Positions 26,370-35,166 of a DNA stretch of 62,256 bases are shown here, one piece after another. The stretch lies in the UHGV virus genome UHGV-0344594; one strand, given 5' to 3'. Position numbers and translations under genes: made by a program. This stretch comes from a virus. Below the pieces are notes generated by a model, which saw only the letters and a list, made by a program, of their open reading frames with translations, was not told where the DNA came from and searched no databases. The number at the start of each line of letters is the position of its first letter. The stretch's first letter is position 1.

Positions 26370-28117
26370 TATGCGCCTCCCGCGATATCTTCAGGTGTGG
26401 CCGCCACGGTGACGGCGGTGATCCTCTGGTTGCCGCGCACTTCCAGCTCCAGGGTGGTGTACATCCGTTTACCGGGCAGGCGTTCAATCTCGTTGATGCG
26501 GTAGATGGTGGCGATCAGCTCGCCATCGCCATAGACCGCGCAGGAAAATGACGGGTCGGCATCCTCCAGCGGCTCCAGCAGACTACCGGCGAATGTCACA
26601 ACACCCAGGGCGGCATCGGCCAGCGCGCCATCAGAGTTATCGGCATTCATCCGGACGCGGTTACGCGCCCGAACGGCGGCATTCTTCGCCAGGCGCTCTT
26701 TGATCTGCTCGTCGCTCGATGCGTCTTCCCCTTCCACCAGGATAGCGCCCCAGTTGTAGTAGCTGGGCGAAACGAACCGCTTAGAGCGCCAGTACATTTC
26801 CGCGTATGGCTCGGATATCGCGTCCCACTCGAAAATCTCCCGGCCGCCGCGCAGCAGGTACAGCACGCCGGTGCCAATTTCGAAGAACATGGCGCTGGCG
26901 TAGTCGGCGTATCGCTCCAGGAATGGCTGGGATCCGGACAGGTCGATGCTGATAATGCCGCGCCGCTCGATGTTGTCGCTATCCAGGTACGCGTAAGACG
27001 CCAGATAGCGCCCGGCGAACTGCCCGGCGATAAAACTCTCTGGCTGCATCTGCCGCCACTGGTCGCGGGTCATCAGGCTGGCGGTGGCGACGGCCGCGCC
27101 GTTCTGCGAGATCGTAACCAGACCCTGCGGCGACGCGTAGGCAACGGAATAGCCCAGGTCAACGATGCTCGATGCCGCGATGCATGGATAGTTCACCCGG
27201 ATCCGGTCCATCGTCATGTTTTCCGGGGCGGTACCCTGGGCGACATACGGCGATCCCTTCGTCATAATGGCAACGGACGTGCCAAAAACGCCCAAACCGA
27301 CGATCTCATAGTCGCAAGTCAGGATGTACTTTTCCGGCCACGCGTGCGGGCGGTATGGCTCACTGAAATACAGCTTCTTCCCGACGAAAGCGGCCATCAT
27401 GCCGTTTGGCAAGGAGGTAAGCCCCTGCAGGCCATCCGGCGGCGCGTTGTAGTCGGTGCTCGGCAGCACTTCGTTAATCGGGTTATCCGCCACCACATCC
27501 ACGAAATCGGCGGCCGTCGCCTCCCGCTCTTTGATGAAATAGAGGGTGGTGACGCCGCTGCTGCTGGTCTGTGACCGGTAGATGCGCATGCGGTTTATAC
27601 CGCGCCCGGCCGGGGGCATCTGGAAGCCAGACAGGCGAACATCGAGGCCAGGACTCCACAAAAGCCCGGCTGACAATGGCGCTGGCTCTGATTCCTCGTC
27701 CAGCTCCGTTATCCAGGTGTATGTCCAGATAACGGTGGAAGACAGCTCGTCGTCAACGTCGCCAGAAACGATAGCGGTGGTCAGCGCTGCAGACGGGAAC
27801 GGCACCGCCAGCGGCCAGGTCTTGCCATTGGCGATAACCTTCGGCACGCCGTCGCCAGTTACATAGAGACGATCTTCCGCCACCGGGCCAGGGGCGACAC
27901 GAACCACGCCGGGCCAGCCCAGCCACTCCCCATCGGTGGTTTTGTAGAAGGTTTTGCAGTCGAAACCGAACCGGTTGACGTAGCGCGCCCTGCGGATCGG
28001 CAGTAGCGAGCCGTCTTCCAGTTTCGTGTTCTGCGACACCTGCGCATAGTTGTTGTCCAGCAACCGGGGGATAACGCGCGGTATCTCCCCGGAAAACGCC
28101 GCTATGCGGACACTCAT
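26369..28117 (-). CDS. virion structural protein (582 aa; tail tube/hub-like)
   Basis: Large ORF between the internal proteins and the receptor-binding genes. Confidence 0.45.
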   Translation of the reverse strand: MSVRIAAFSGEIPRVIPRLLDNNYAQVSQNTKLEDGSLLPIRRARYVNRFGFDCKTFYKTTDGEWLGWPGVVRVAPGPVAEDRLYVTGDGVPKVIANGKTWPLAVPFPSAALTTAIVSGDVDDELSSTVIWTYTWITELDEESEPAPLSAGLLWSPGLDVRLSGFQMPPAGRGINRMRIYRSQTSSSGVTTLYFIKEREATAADFVDVVADNPINEVLPSTDYNAPPDGLQGLTSLPNGMMAAFVGKKLYFSEPYRPHAWPEKYILTCDYEIVGLGVFGTSVAIMTKGSPYVAQGTAPENMTMDRIRVNYPCIAASSIVDLGYSVAYASPQGLVTISQNGAAVATASLMTRDQWRQMQPESFIAGQFAGRYLASYAYLDSDNIERRGIISIDLSGSQPFLERYADYASAMFFEIGTGVLYLLRGGREIFEWDAISEPYAEMYWRSKRFVSPSYYNWGAILVEGEDASSDEQIKERLAKNAAVRARNRVRMNADNSDGALADAALGVVTFAGSLLEPLEDADPSFSCAVYGDGELIATIYRINEIERLPGKRMYTTLELEVRGNQRITAVTVAATPEDIAGGA

Positions 28118-28479
28118 GAGGAAATCGCCGCGTCACTGATAACAGCAGTCACCACTGAGGGACTTGGCGTCCCGTTCTGCAGCTCGTCCATCGCGCCAGC
28201 GGTCAAACGCAGCTCACACAGGTCGCCAGCACTGAATTCCCGACGCTGGGAACCTTCAGCCCCGCGCTGGACAGTGATGCTATCCCCTTCCCTGGCGGTG
28301 GCGCGCAGGTACTCGATGTTGCCGGAATCATCCTCCAGCGCCAGCGGGAACCAGTCGCCGGTATTGGTCAGCACCGGAAACTTGACGCCGTGGCCGACTT
28401 TCACGCGGATCACCGTCTCGGAGTCGCTGATTGATACAGCCAGGATGCTACGGGCATTGTTGGTGAGTTTCAGGCTCAT
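28114..28479 (-). CDS. structural protein (121 aa)
   Basis: Coupled ORF. Confidence 0.4.
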   Translation of the reverse strand: MSLKLTNNARSILAVSISDSETVIRVKVGHGVKFPVLTNTGDWFPLALEDDSGNIEYLRATAREGDSITVQRGAEGSQRREFSAGDLCELRLTAGAMDELQNGTPSPSVVTAVISDAAISS

Positions 28480-28481
28480 TG

Positions 28482-31361
28482 TTACCTCACGTTATCTTCA
28501 AGCCAGCCCTGGGTTTGCACCAGGCGCTCTCTCATGGTTGATGTGCTGATATTGCCGGGGATGCCCGCCGGGTATTTCAGCAGGTAGGCAATCGTCGCGA
28601 TGATCTCGAACTGCCAGAAGCCGAACCATTCCTGGTTATCGTTCGCCCAGGTATGGCGCATTGCATCGGTCTGCCCTGTGCGCCAACGGCTCTCGATGTA
28701 CGTCCAGCAGCGCTCGCCAACAGCTTCCACGGTCGCCAGCTGCCCGGATGACAGCAGGCCGGACAATTTCAGCCAGAGGCAGGCGCGCAGGATAAGCGCT
28801 GGCGCGTGCGGCTCCTCATAGAGCGTCTGCGGCGCTCCCTTGCGGGGATCATCCCAGTCGGTCGGCATACCGGCGATAGTACCGTTCAGGTTCGGCCAGA
28901 CGACGTTAATCCGCTCGATCCAGCTCATCGCCATATCCAGCGCCAGGCCGCGAGCCGTTCCCCATGATGGCGTGCTGCGGGACAGCCAGCAGAGCTTCGC
29001 CAGGCTCTCAACGACGCGGGTCTGATATCCCACCCAGCGGGTGTTCGGGTCATCGTTAGTGTACACCCATGTGTGCGGCGTCGGACTGCCGATGCTGATG
29101 CGTGCCGGGGTGTTCATCACGAAAGTATGCGCGAATGGCCCGGCCGCGCCGCCGTCTGAGATCCACTTATCGCGTGCATGCTTCAGGAATAGCAGCTGTT
29201 GCTCGGCCAGCAATGCATTTTTCGTTTTGGCAACACCATTGGCACTAAAAGAAATCGGGTAGGTGATCGCTCCCGTCGCCTGGTCTGGCACCGGCATATT
29301 GACGGCCGGATTAAGGTCCGGGTGGACTGCATCGGCATCGGCACCCAGGAACCACCACAGATCCGGCAGCTGGTAGCCGTGGAAAGGTGAGCCATTCCAG
29401 CCAACAAACTGCTGCTTCACCGTATCGGCGTTGATGGCAAACGGCATCGCACCGGGGAAAAATGGCATTGGTGAGCCGTGGACCGCTTTTGACAGGTTAT
29501 CCCTCACCCACTGCTCACTCGCGCCGCTAACCGGGCGAAGCGCCACGATCTGAAGGCGATATGCGTCGCGCATTTCCATCGATATGCCGAAGTTCTCGAA
29601 CCGCTGACCCGCCGGAAGCACGCTGTTATCGCCGTCTTTGCGCCGGAATGACGTGCGAGGGATCAGGATATAGCTCGGCTTGTCCGGACTGGTGGACGGT
29701 ATCAGCGCCGCGTCCTGCCCGATATCGGCATACCAGCGCGTCGAGGCGTCGTAATATTTGGTCGAGGACATGAAAACATAGCAGCGCTCGCCCAGCGCCA
29801 GGTTCGGCCGCCGGGAGAGTGAAAGCGCCACGAACATAAACTGATCGGCTTCCTGGTAATCGGTCGCCTGCCGCCAGCTGTCATTGATGCCGCGCCCGAT
29901 TTGCACCTGGCACACCGTGGCGGCCGCCGGAACGTCAGCGCGGATCGCCCCATTGAAGAAGTTTCGACCGTTGGCTGCTTCTCCCATGTTCGCCGGGGTC
30001 CAGGTGAATTCGCCAGGCTTCACGGTGCCGCCGGAACCGCCTACGCGGGACCAGAAGTTATAGCCGATCCAGCCAGAGTTTGCCCCAGCGCCAATAGCGC
30101 CTGGCCCTGGCGGAGTCGCCTGGGGATGGTTCGAATAGCAGAACATGCCGGACGGATCACCCTTCGCCGGGATGGCGTCAAACTGCGGCATCGGTTTGAT
30201 GATCTCGCGGAGGTCGCTGATAGCCTGCCCTTTCACCACCGTGCGTCGCATCGCGTCGCGCAGCTTCTGCCAGCGCGCCTGCATGCCGGTGCGGGTATCG
30301 ACTTCCATCGCCAGCGACATCGCGTACTCGAACCAGCGGAACGTGTCAGGCGCACAGGCTGAATAGCCGGGGTCGATTTTTGTCCAGCACGGATAGGCCT
30401 CTTCTGCCTCTCCCTGGCGGATTGTGCCCGCATTGTTGTAGCCATAGACTATGCACCAGTCGGAGACACCAGACGGCGCGCCAGCCGGGATCGTGATGAC
30501 CACCGTGCTTCCATCAAGGCTCCAGTCGTCATCGGTAAGCATGACACTGGTATCTGCCACCGGGTGAACGGAGTCGTATGACGGGCTGTAGGGTGACTGA
30601 TACAGCAGATAGCTGCTGGCCGGGTAGATCTGCCAGACACGGTAAACGTCAGCCGCGCCTTTGTGCCCTGGCACGTTGGCCGGGATATACAGCTTGTTGC
30701 CGTTCCTGGTGGCGCGGAAAGCGTAGTTGATAGCCTGCGACGGGATATCGCCGCGTGCGGCAAACAGCCAGTGCAGGAGCGTGATGGTGTTCTTATCGTC
30801 GGGGATCTGCTGGCGCAGCATCGGCCCGGTAAGCGAACCGCTGCCCATCGCATCGAGCATGTTCTGGCCGTTGGCCTTGTACCACTCAGCTGCGGCTTTT
30901 TCGTCGGTGGTGCCGGTCGCCAGCACCTGGCTTGCCAGCAGTGATCCCTCGATGCCGATTGACTGGCCTTCGCTGGTGCCGGAATTGTGGTGGAAATAGC
31001 CGCCGCGCCCCTCAACGTTGTGAAATGCGTTGGTCATCAAGCCACGCAGGATAAGCGGGCCGCCCAGTCCGTCAGTGGAACCGGCGGGAATGAGGGCTAT
31101 GCCGTCAGAGTCAACGATGGTGCAATTCTGCGCCCGGTAAAGGGTCGTCATGAAGCGCTGTGCCTGTTCGCCAGGCCGCTCATCACGCACATCGACGGTG
31201 ATCTGCTTCTCAACCTCGCCCGGAAGGAAAGTCAGCGTCCCACGCTGCGCGGTATAGTCGTCTGGTGCCGTCGCCGTTATGTCAACGGTCACATAGTCGA
31301 TCTGCACCTGCTGTGTGCTGGCCTGGGACAGCCGCACGGTGAATACTGCTTTTCTGGTCAT
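28482..31361 (-). CDS. receptor-binding protein 3: N-terminal Calx-beta domain + large C-terminal putative glycan-degrading domain (959 aa)
   Basis: N-terminus VQIDYVTVDITATAPDDYTAQRGTLTFLPGEVEKQITV is Calx-beta-like. The remainder is Trp/Tyr-rich, as in carbohydrate-active enzymes. Confidence 0.5.
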   Translation of the reverse strand: MTRKAVFTVRLSQASTQQVQIDYVTVDITATAPDDYTAQRGTLTFLPGEVEKQITVDVRDERPGEQAQRFMTTLYRAQNCTIVDSDGIALIPAGSTDGLGGPLILRGLMTNAFHNVEGRGGYFHHNSGTSEGQSIGIEGSLLASQVLATGTTDEKAAAEWYKANGQNMLDAMGSGSLTGPMLRQQIPDDKNTITLLHWLFAARGDIPSQAINYAFRATRNGNKLYIPANVPGHKGAADVYRVWQIYPASSYLLYQSPYSPSYDSVHPVADTSVMLTDDDWSLDGSTVVITIPAGAPSGVSDWCIVYGYNNAGTIRQGEAEEAYPCWTKIDPGYSACAPDTFRWFEYAMSLAMEVDTRTGMQARWQKLRDAMRRTVVKGQAISDLREIIKPMPQFDAIPAKGDPSGMFCYSNHPQATPPGPGAIGAGANSGWIGYNFWSRVGGSGGTVKPGEFTWTPANMGEAANGRNFFNGAIRADVPAAATVCQVQIGRGINDSWRQATDYQEADQFMFVALSLSRRPNLALGERCYVFMSSTKYYDASTRWYADIGQDAALIPSTSPDKPSYILIPRTSFRRKDGDNSVLPAGQRFENFGISMEMRDAYRLQIVALRPVSGASEQWVRDNLSKAVHGSPMPFFPGAMPFAINADTVKQQFVGWNGSPFHGYQLPDLWWFLGADADAVHPDLNPAVNMPVPDQATGAITYPISFSANGVAKTKNALLAEQQLLFLKHARDKWISDGGAAGPFAHTFVMNTPARISIGSPTPHTWVYTNDDPNTRWVGYQTRVVESLAKLCWLSRSTPSWGTARGLALDMAMSWIERINVVWPNLNGTIAGMPTDWDDPRKGAPQTLYEEPHAPALILRACLWLKLSGLLSSGQLATVEAVGERCWTYIESRWRTGQTDAMRHTWANDNQEWFGFWQFEIIATIAYLLKYPAGIPGNISTSTMRERLVQTQGWLEDNVR

Positions 31362-31381
31362 AGTCCCCGCTCCGCATACGA

Positions 31382-31412
31382 AAAAGCCCCTTTCGGGGCT
31401 TAATCATAACAT
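31382..31412 (-). terminator. intra-operon rho-independent terminator/attenuator
   Basis: Minus strand AAGCCCCGAAAGGGGCTTTTTC. Confidence 0.5.
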
Positions 31413-31424
31413 CCATTTCAAAGT

Positions 31425-31652
31425 TTAGGCTGGCATCGGCGGTACAGTATACCCGACCATATCTGCGATCTGGCGCAGGTGGTAATCCAGGAAGCCGATA
31501 CCATTCGCGGCCCACTGAGCCTGGCCTTTCGCGTCACCAGCTGCAGTCGCTGCATACTGAGCTTTGCCATAGATGGCGCCCAGGGTGTTCTGCAGGTTGT
31601 CCAGCGGCAGATCATCAATCGGGTCTACGGTTACTGCGGTTGCTGCTACCAT
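31425..31652 (-). CDS. small protein (75 aa)
   Basis: ORF with RBS. Confidence 0.35.
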   Translation of the reverse strand: MVAATAVTVDPIDDLPLDNLQNTLGAIYGKAQYAATAAGDAKGQAQWAANGIGFLDYHLRQIADMVGYTVPPMPA

Positions 31653-31765
31653 AAAAACTCCTTCACTTGGTTAGTTTGTTTTTGTTGATGCCGTGCTAAA
31701 TATTAGTCGCTGTTATAAAAGTTTCCCAGCGACTTTTCAATTACACTTTCATCCGCATTGTGGCT

Positions 31766-32575
31766 TTAGATCGTAATTCCACGTTTTGCGGCATAATTTT
31801 TCAGGTAATTATACATATCCGTCTCTTCTGATACTGTCAGCGCGCGGTTCCACAACAACGCCAGCATAATTTCGGTTGTCGCCACAGTCGTACCTGATGG
31901 ACCACGCGTACCAATACGCAGAGTAGCATCGTTTCGCAGGTCACGGACGTTACCAGCAGCCAGGGGCTGAGAAGCCTGAGTGCCCTTAGTAAGGTTCTTG
32001 ACGTAGCGGGCGCCTGAAGCACCAGACGCTCCAGCTCCGTCAATTTTACCCAGGATGGCTCGCCAAGAGGTGTTGCCAGCAGCAGCAAGTGACGTCGCAA
32101 GGCCGCTTTCAGCTGCCAGCACCGCGACGTTCGCATTTGAAGATGCACCTGCAACGCCAGAGTAGGAGGCCCCTACCATTTGCTGAGTTCCCGCTGGCTC
32201 GAATACCAGACCAGCACCTTGTGCAGTAATCGAGTTACCGCCGTCAGTGATGTTCTTATTGAAGTTGCAGAACAACGGAAGGCGGACACCTGCCGTGGTC
32301 GGTGCATAAATCTTTGCTACGACCAGCATTGTCATATCTGGCGTTTCAGCAATGTTCGTGTCTACGTAGTTATTCAGATCCATCTGTGAGCTGTATTCGG
32401 TCACATGGTTCGGTGAGCCTATCAGCGTAATAGGCGTTCCGCCGATCACCTGGTTTTTCCAGATGCCTTTCGAACCGCCATAATACGCGCCAATAAGGCC
32501 ATTCATGATCGGGAGATTGATACCCATTGAGAACGCCTGCGCGTTCACGCCTTTCGCTACTCCAACAAGGCTCAT
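31766..32575 (-). CDS. tail-associated protein (269 aa)
   Basis: ORF immediately downstream of RBP2. Gly/Ala/Ser-rich. Confidence 0.4.
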   Translation of the reverse strand: MSLVGVAKGVNAQAFSMGINLPIMNGLIGAYYGGSKGIWKNQVIGGTPITLIGSPNHVTEYSSQMDLNNYVDTNIAETPDMTMLVVAKIYAPTTAGVRLPLFCNFNKNITDGGNSITAQGAGLVFEPAGTQQMVGASYSGVAGASSNANVAVLAAESGLATSLAAAGNTSWRAILGKIDGAGASGASGARYVKNLTKGTQASQPLAAGNVRDLRNDATLRIGTRGPSGTTVATTEIMLALLWNRALTVSEETDMYNYLKNYAAKRGITI

Positions 32576-32577
32576 AA

Positions 32578-35151
32578 TTACAACTCCTCAGTTGCGTTGA
32601 TGATGTCTGCTCCGCACCAGTTGCGCAGCTCGTATGGCTTACCGTTCAGCCCTGCGATCGATTCTTCTGCCGGTGCGCCGGCTACAATCTCCCACACGTA
32701 TGGTGCAATGGAGTCATCGCTGTCTGCGATATTATGCGTTCCAGAATGATACGTTTTATCGCCCAACCATATCTGCACCGGCGGGACTAGATCCCGTGAT
32801 GCACTGATACTGATAACGGTATCTGATACGGCTTCAACGGTCAGATCTGCGCCATGCAAATGACCCGCACCATCGCGGATAGTGAAACCTTTGTCGGCGT
32901 GCATTGTGGCGACAGAGCCAACGTAGGTCGGCACAAATTTAAACGGCGGCACTGGCGGAGAGACGCTTACGGTAGCGACATTTCCTTTGTAAACCGCTTC
33001 CCGCATACGAAACACAGGACGGCCAGAACCGCGATGAACGAGATCCATTACGCGTCCTACGTCGCAACCAAACCAGCGATAGCTATTAGCAAATAGGTGG
33101 TTATCATTACCGTCCGGATTAACCGGATTTGGCAGTTGACCGATAGGGTTCACAAAAGACGCCAGACCAGGATGGTTATCGCAGAAGTCCAGCAGCGCTC
33201 TGGATGCGGCCATGCTGTTGGTATCAGAAGTGTACATTCCGCCGCCCTGATAGAAATACCAGTGCGGTGGTCGGGTCTGGCCGAAAATAGCCATACCATC
33301 GGTATTCACGTCACTGTAGAACTGTTCCAGCTGCGGGTAATACGTGGTGTATGGTGTCGATCCGTCGTTTTCCATCTGCATGAAGGTGACGCCACAGAAG
33401 CGCGACGTTTTCCCGGCAGCATCAGCCGCACTTTTAATCCCCTGCATGGCCGTGATGATGTGGTTATAGAGGTTCGGGTTGGCCCCTTTACTCAGCTGGG
33501 CAAGCGACTTACCACCGACGCCAGGACAGGCACCAGCAAACACGCGCGTAGTATCATTATCGGTCATCAGGCGCTGATTATGCAGAATTTTACCGAAATT
33601 CAGCCAGCCCGACAGCGACGTTTCACCGAAACTCCCGCTCGATGCACTAACTGTGCCGTCATCGAGTTGGCGGACCTCAATCAGATTAACGAGGATATTC
33701 CCGCCGACCGGCCCATACTGGTCGGAGGTCGTGGTGTTAAGGTAGTTTGTTCCTCGCGGAGAGTTCCCCAGCATCAGATTTCCAAGGTTCTGACTTACGG
33801 TAAGAACTACGCGGCTAAATGTGCCATGGGAGTGCGACTGTCCCACCATGAGGCCGACATTAATCTCGGCGGTTGGCATCTGCGTAAGGTAGTACCGCTG
33901 GCGCATAGCGGCGGTAATTTTGTTCAGCGATCTCGTCCCCAAGCGCGCAATGATATCTTTGCCGCTGGATCCTCCGCCTCCTGAACCTGCAATTTTTGAA
34001 AGAAGCTCTAAGTCTTTCGTCAGACGCAGGAAAATGAAGCCATCCTCGTCTTGCAGGCGAATGACATCATCACCGCTATCGAGGATAAGCGAAAATTTCG
34101 ACGCGCTTAAGGCCAGGGTTTTCGAAAAGATATCGACGATCTCTTCTTGCCAGTCGTAAGAGACGGTAAGACCTAACGCTTTAGCGACGCCATCCAGGAA
34201 GGTTGCCAGCAGGTGTCCATCTTCATCTTTAAGGATGAAGCCTTGATCGGACGAACTTCCTTCACGCAGCGACCCAAGCAAGTTTTCGATGACTTTCGGC
34301 ATCATCTTCACAGCAAGGCTACTGAACCCAATGCCGTAGGGGTCCATCTGGACCTTTGCGCCGATATGCCCATCTTCGTCGGAAAACGAATGCAGACTAT
34401 TGAAGTCATCATTGTTATTCAGCATCTGCCTCATATTGGATATGGCCAGATAGCTTGGCGCCGACCCCTGATAAATTGCGACCCCGGCTGCATTCGTGTA
34501 GTAGTCGAATAAAATCTCGCTATCTTTTTGCTTCACACGGAATGTCTGCCCGTTTGTCGTTCCGGCCAGGCCCAGGTCAATGTTATCGAAGGTCAGTTCG
34601 GTGTCTGCTTTGGCCTCTGCCTCATCAGCGGCTCGTTCTGCTCTGTCTGCTGCGTCGTCTGAACGATTTGCTTCCGATGCCGCGCGGTCGGCGGCTATGC
34701 CTGCGGCAGTTTCTTGCTGGATGTACTCTTCAAGCGTCCCTTCATAGCCCTGCAGCTTTGCCAGCTCATAAGAGCTAAGTCCCGGGTCTCCTTTGACGCC
34801 TCTCGGGCCGGTTGCCACGACCAGCGAGGTGATGGCGGTCCCTTCGCTGTCCGCGACCTGGATTTCAACCTCGGTCAATTCCTGGTCCAGAATTGCGTTT
34901 TCAGGCGGGTACAGCTGAATGCTGAACGTGCGCGTTTCCGTGTCGCCTGGTGAGCGGCCATTGACGACTACCTGCACCTGCTTTGATGTTTCTCCAGGCT
35001 CGAACGTTACCGAACCGCTTGCGGCCTCATAGTCGGTCCCTGCTTTCGCGGTGCCGTCCTTAGTCTGCCATGCAACGGTAACAGGCGTTTCCAGCGCTGC
35101 GGAAAGGCTGATAATAAATACGGCAGTAGTAGCGCCGGATAAGTTGCTCAT
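32578..35151 (-). CDS. receptor-binding protein 2: N-terminal Calx-beta, collagen-like/tail-fibre segment, C-terminal SASA-like esterase domain (857 aa)
   Basis: VTVAWQTKDGTAKAGTDYEAASGSVTFEPGE is Calx-beta-like. GPRGVKGDPG..SYELAKLQGY is a tail-fibre hallmark. MVGQSHSHG resembles the GQSNM motif of sialate-O-acetylesterase-type domains. Confidence 0.5.
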   Translation of the reverse strand: MSNLSGATTAVFIISLSAALETPVTVAWQTKDGTAKAGTDYEAASGSVTFEPGETSKQVQVVVNGRSPGDTETRTFSIQLYPPENAILDQELTEVEIQVADSEGTAITSLVVATGPRGVKGDPGLSSYELAKLQGYEGTLEEYIQQETAAGIAADRAASEANRSDDAADRAERAADEAEAKADTELTFDNIDLGLAGTTNGQTFRVKQKDSEILFDYYTNAAGVAIYQGSAPSYLAISNMRQMLNNNDDFNSLHSFSDEDGHIGAKVQMDPYGIGFSSLAVKMMPKVIENLLGSLREGSSSDQGFILKDEDGHLLATFLDGVAKALGLTVSYDWQEEIVDIFSKTLALSASKFSLILDSGDDVIRLQDEDGFIFLRLTKDLELLSKIAGSGGGGSSGKDIIARLGTRSLNKITAAMRQRYYLTQMPTAEINVGLMVGQSHSHGTFSRVVLTVSQNLGNLMLGNSPRGTNYLNTTTSDQYGPVGGNILVNLIEVRQLDDGTVSASSGSFGETSLSGWLNFGKILHNQRLMTDNDTTRVFAGACPGVGGKSLAQLSKGANPNLYNHIITAMQGIKSAADAAGKTSRFCGVTFMQMENDGSTPYTTYYPQLEQFYSDVNTDGMAIFGQTRPPHWYFYQGGGMYTSDTNSMAASRALLDFCDNHPGLASFVNPIGQLPNPVNPDGNDNHLFANSYRWFGCDVGRVMDLVHRGSGRPVFRMREAVYKGNVATVSVSPPVPPFKFVPTYVGSVATMHADKGFTIRDGAGHLHGADLTVEAVSDTVISISASRDLVPPVQIWLGDKTYHSGTHNIADSDDSIAPYVWEIVAGAPAEESIAGLNGKPYELRNWCGADIINATEEL

Positions 35152-35166
35152 AAATCTTATTTCCTT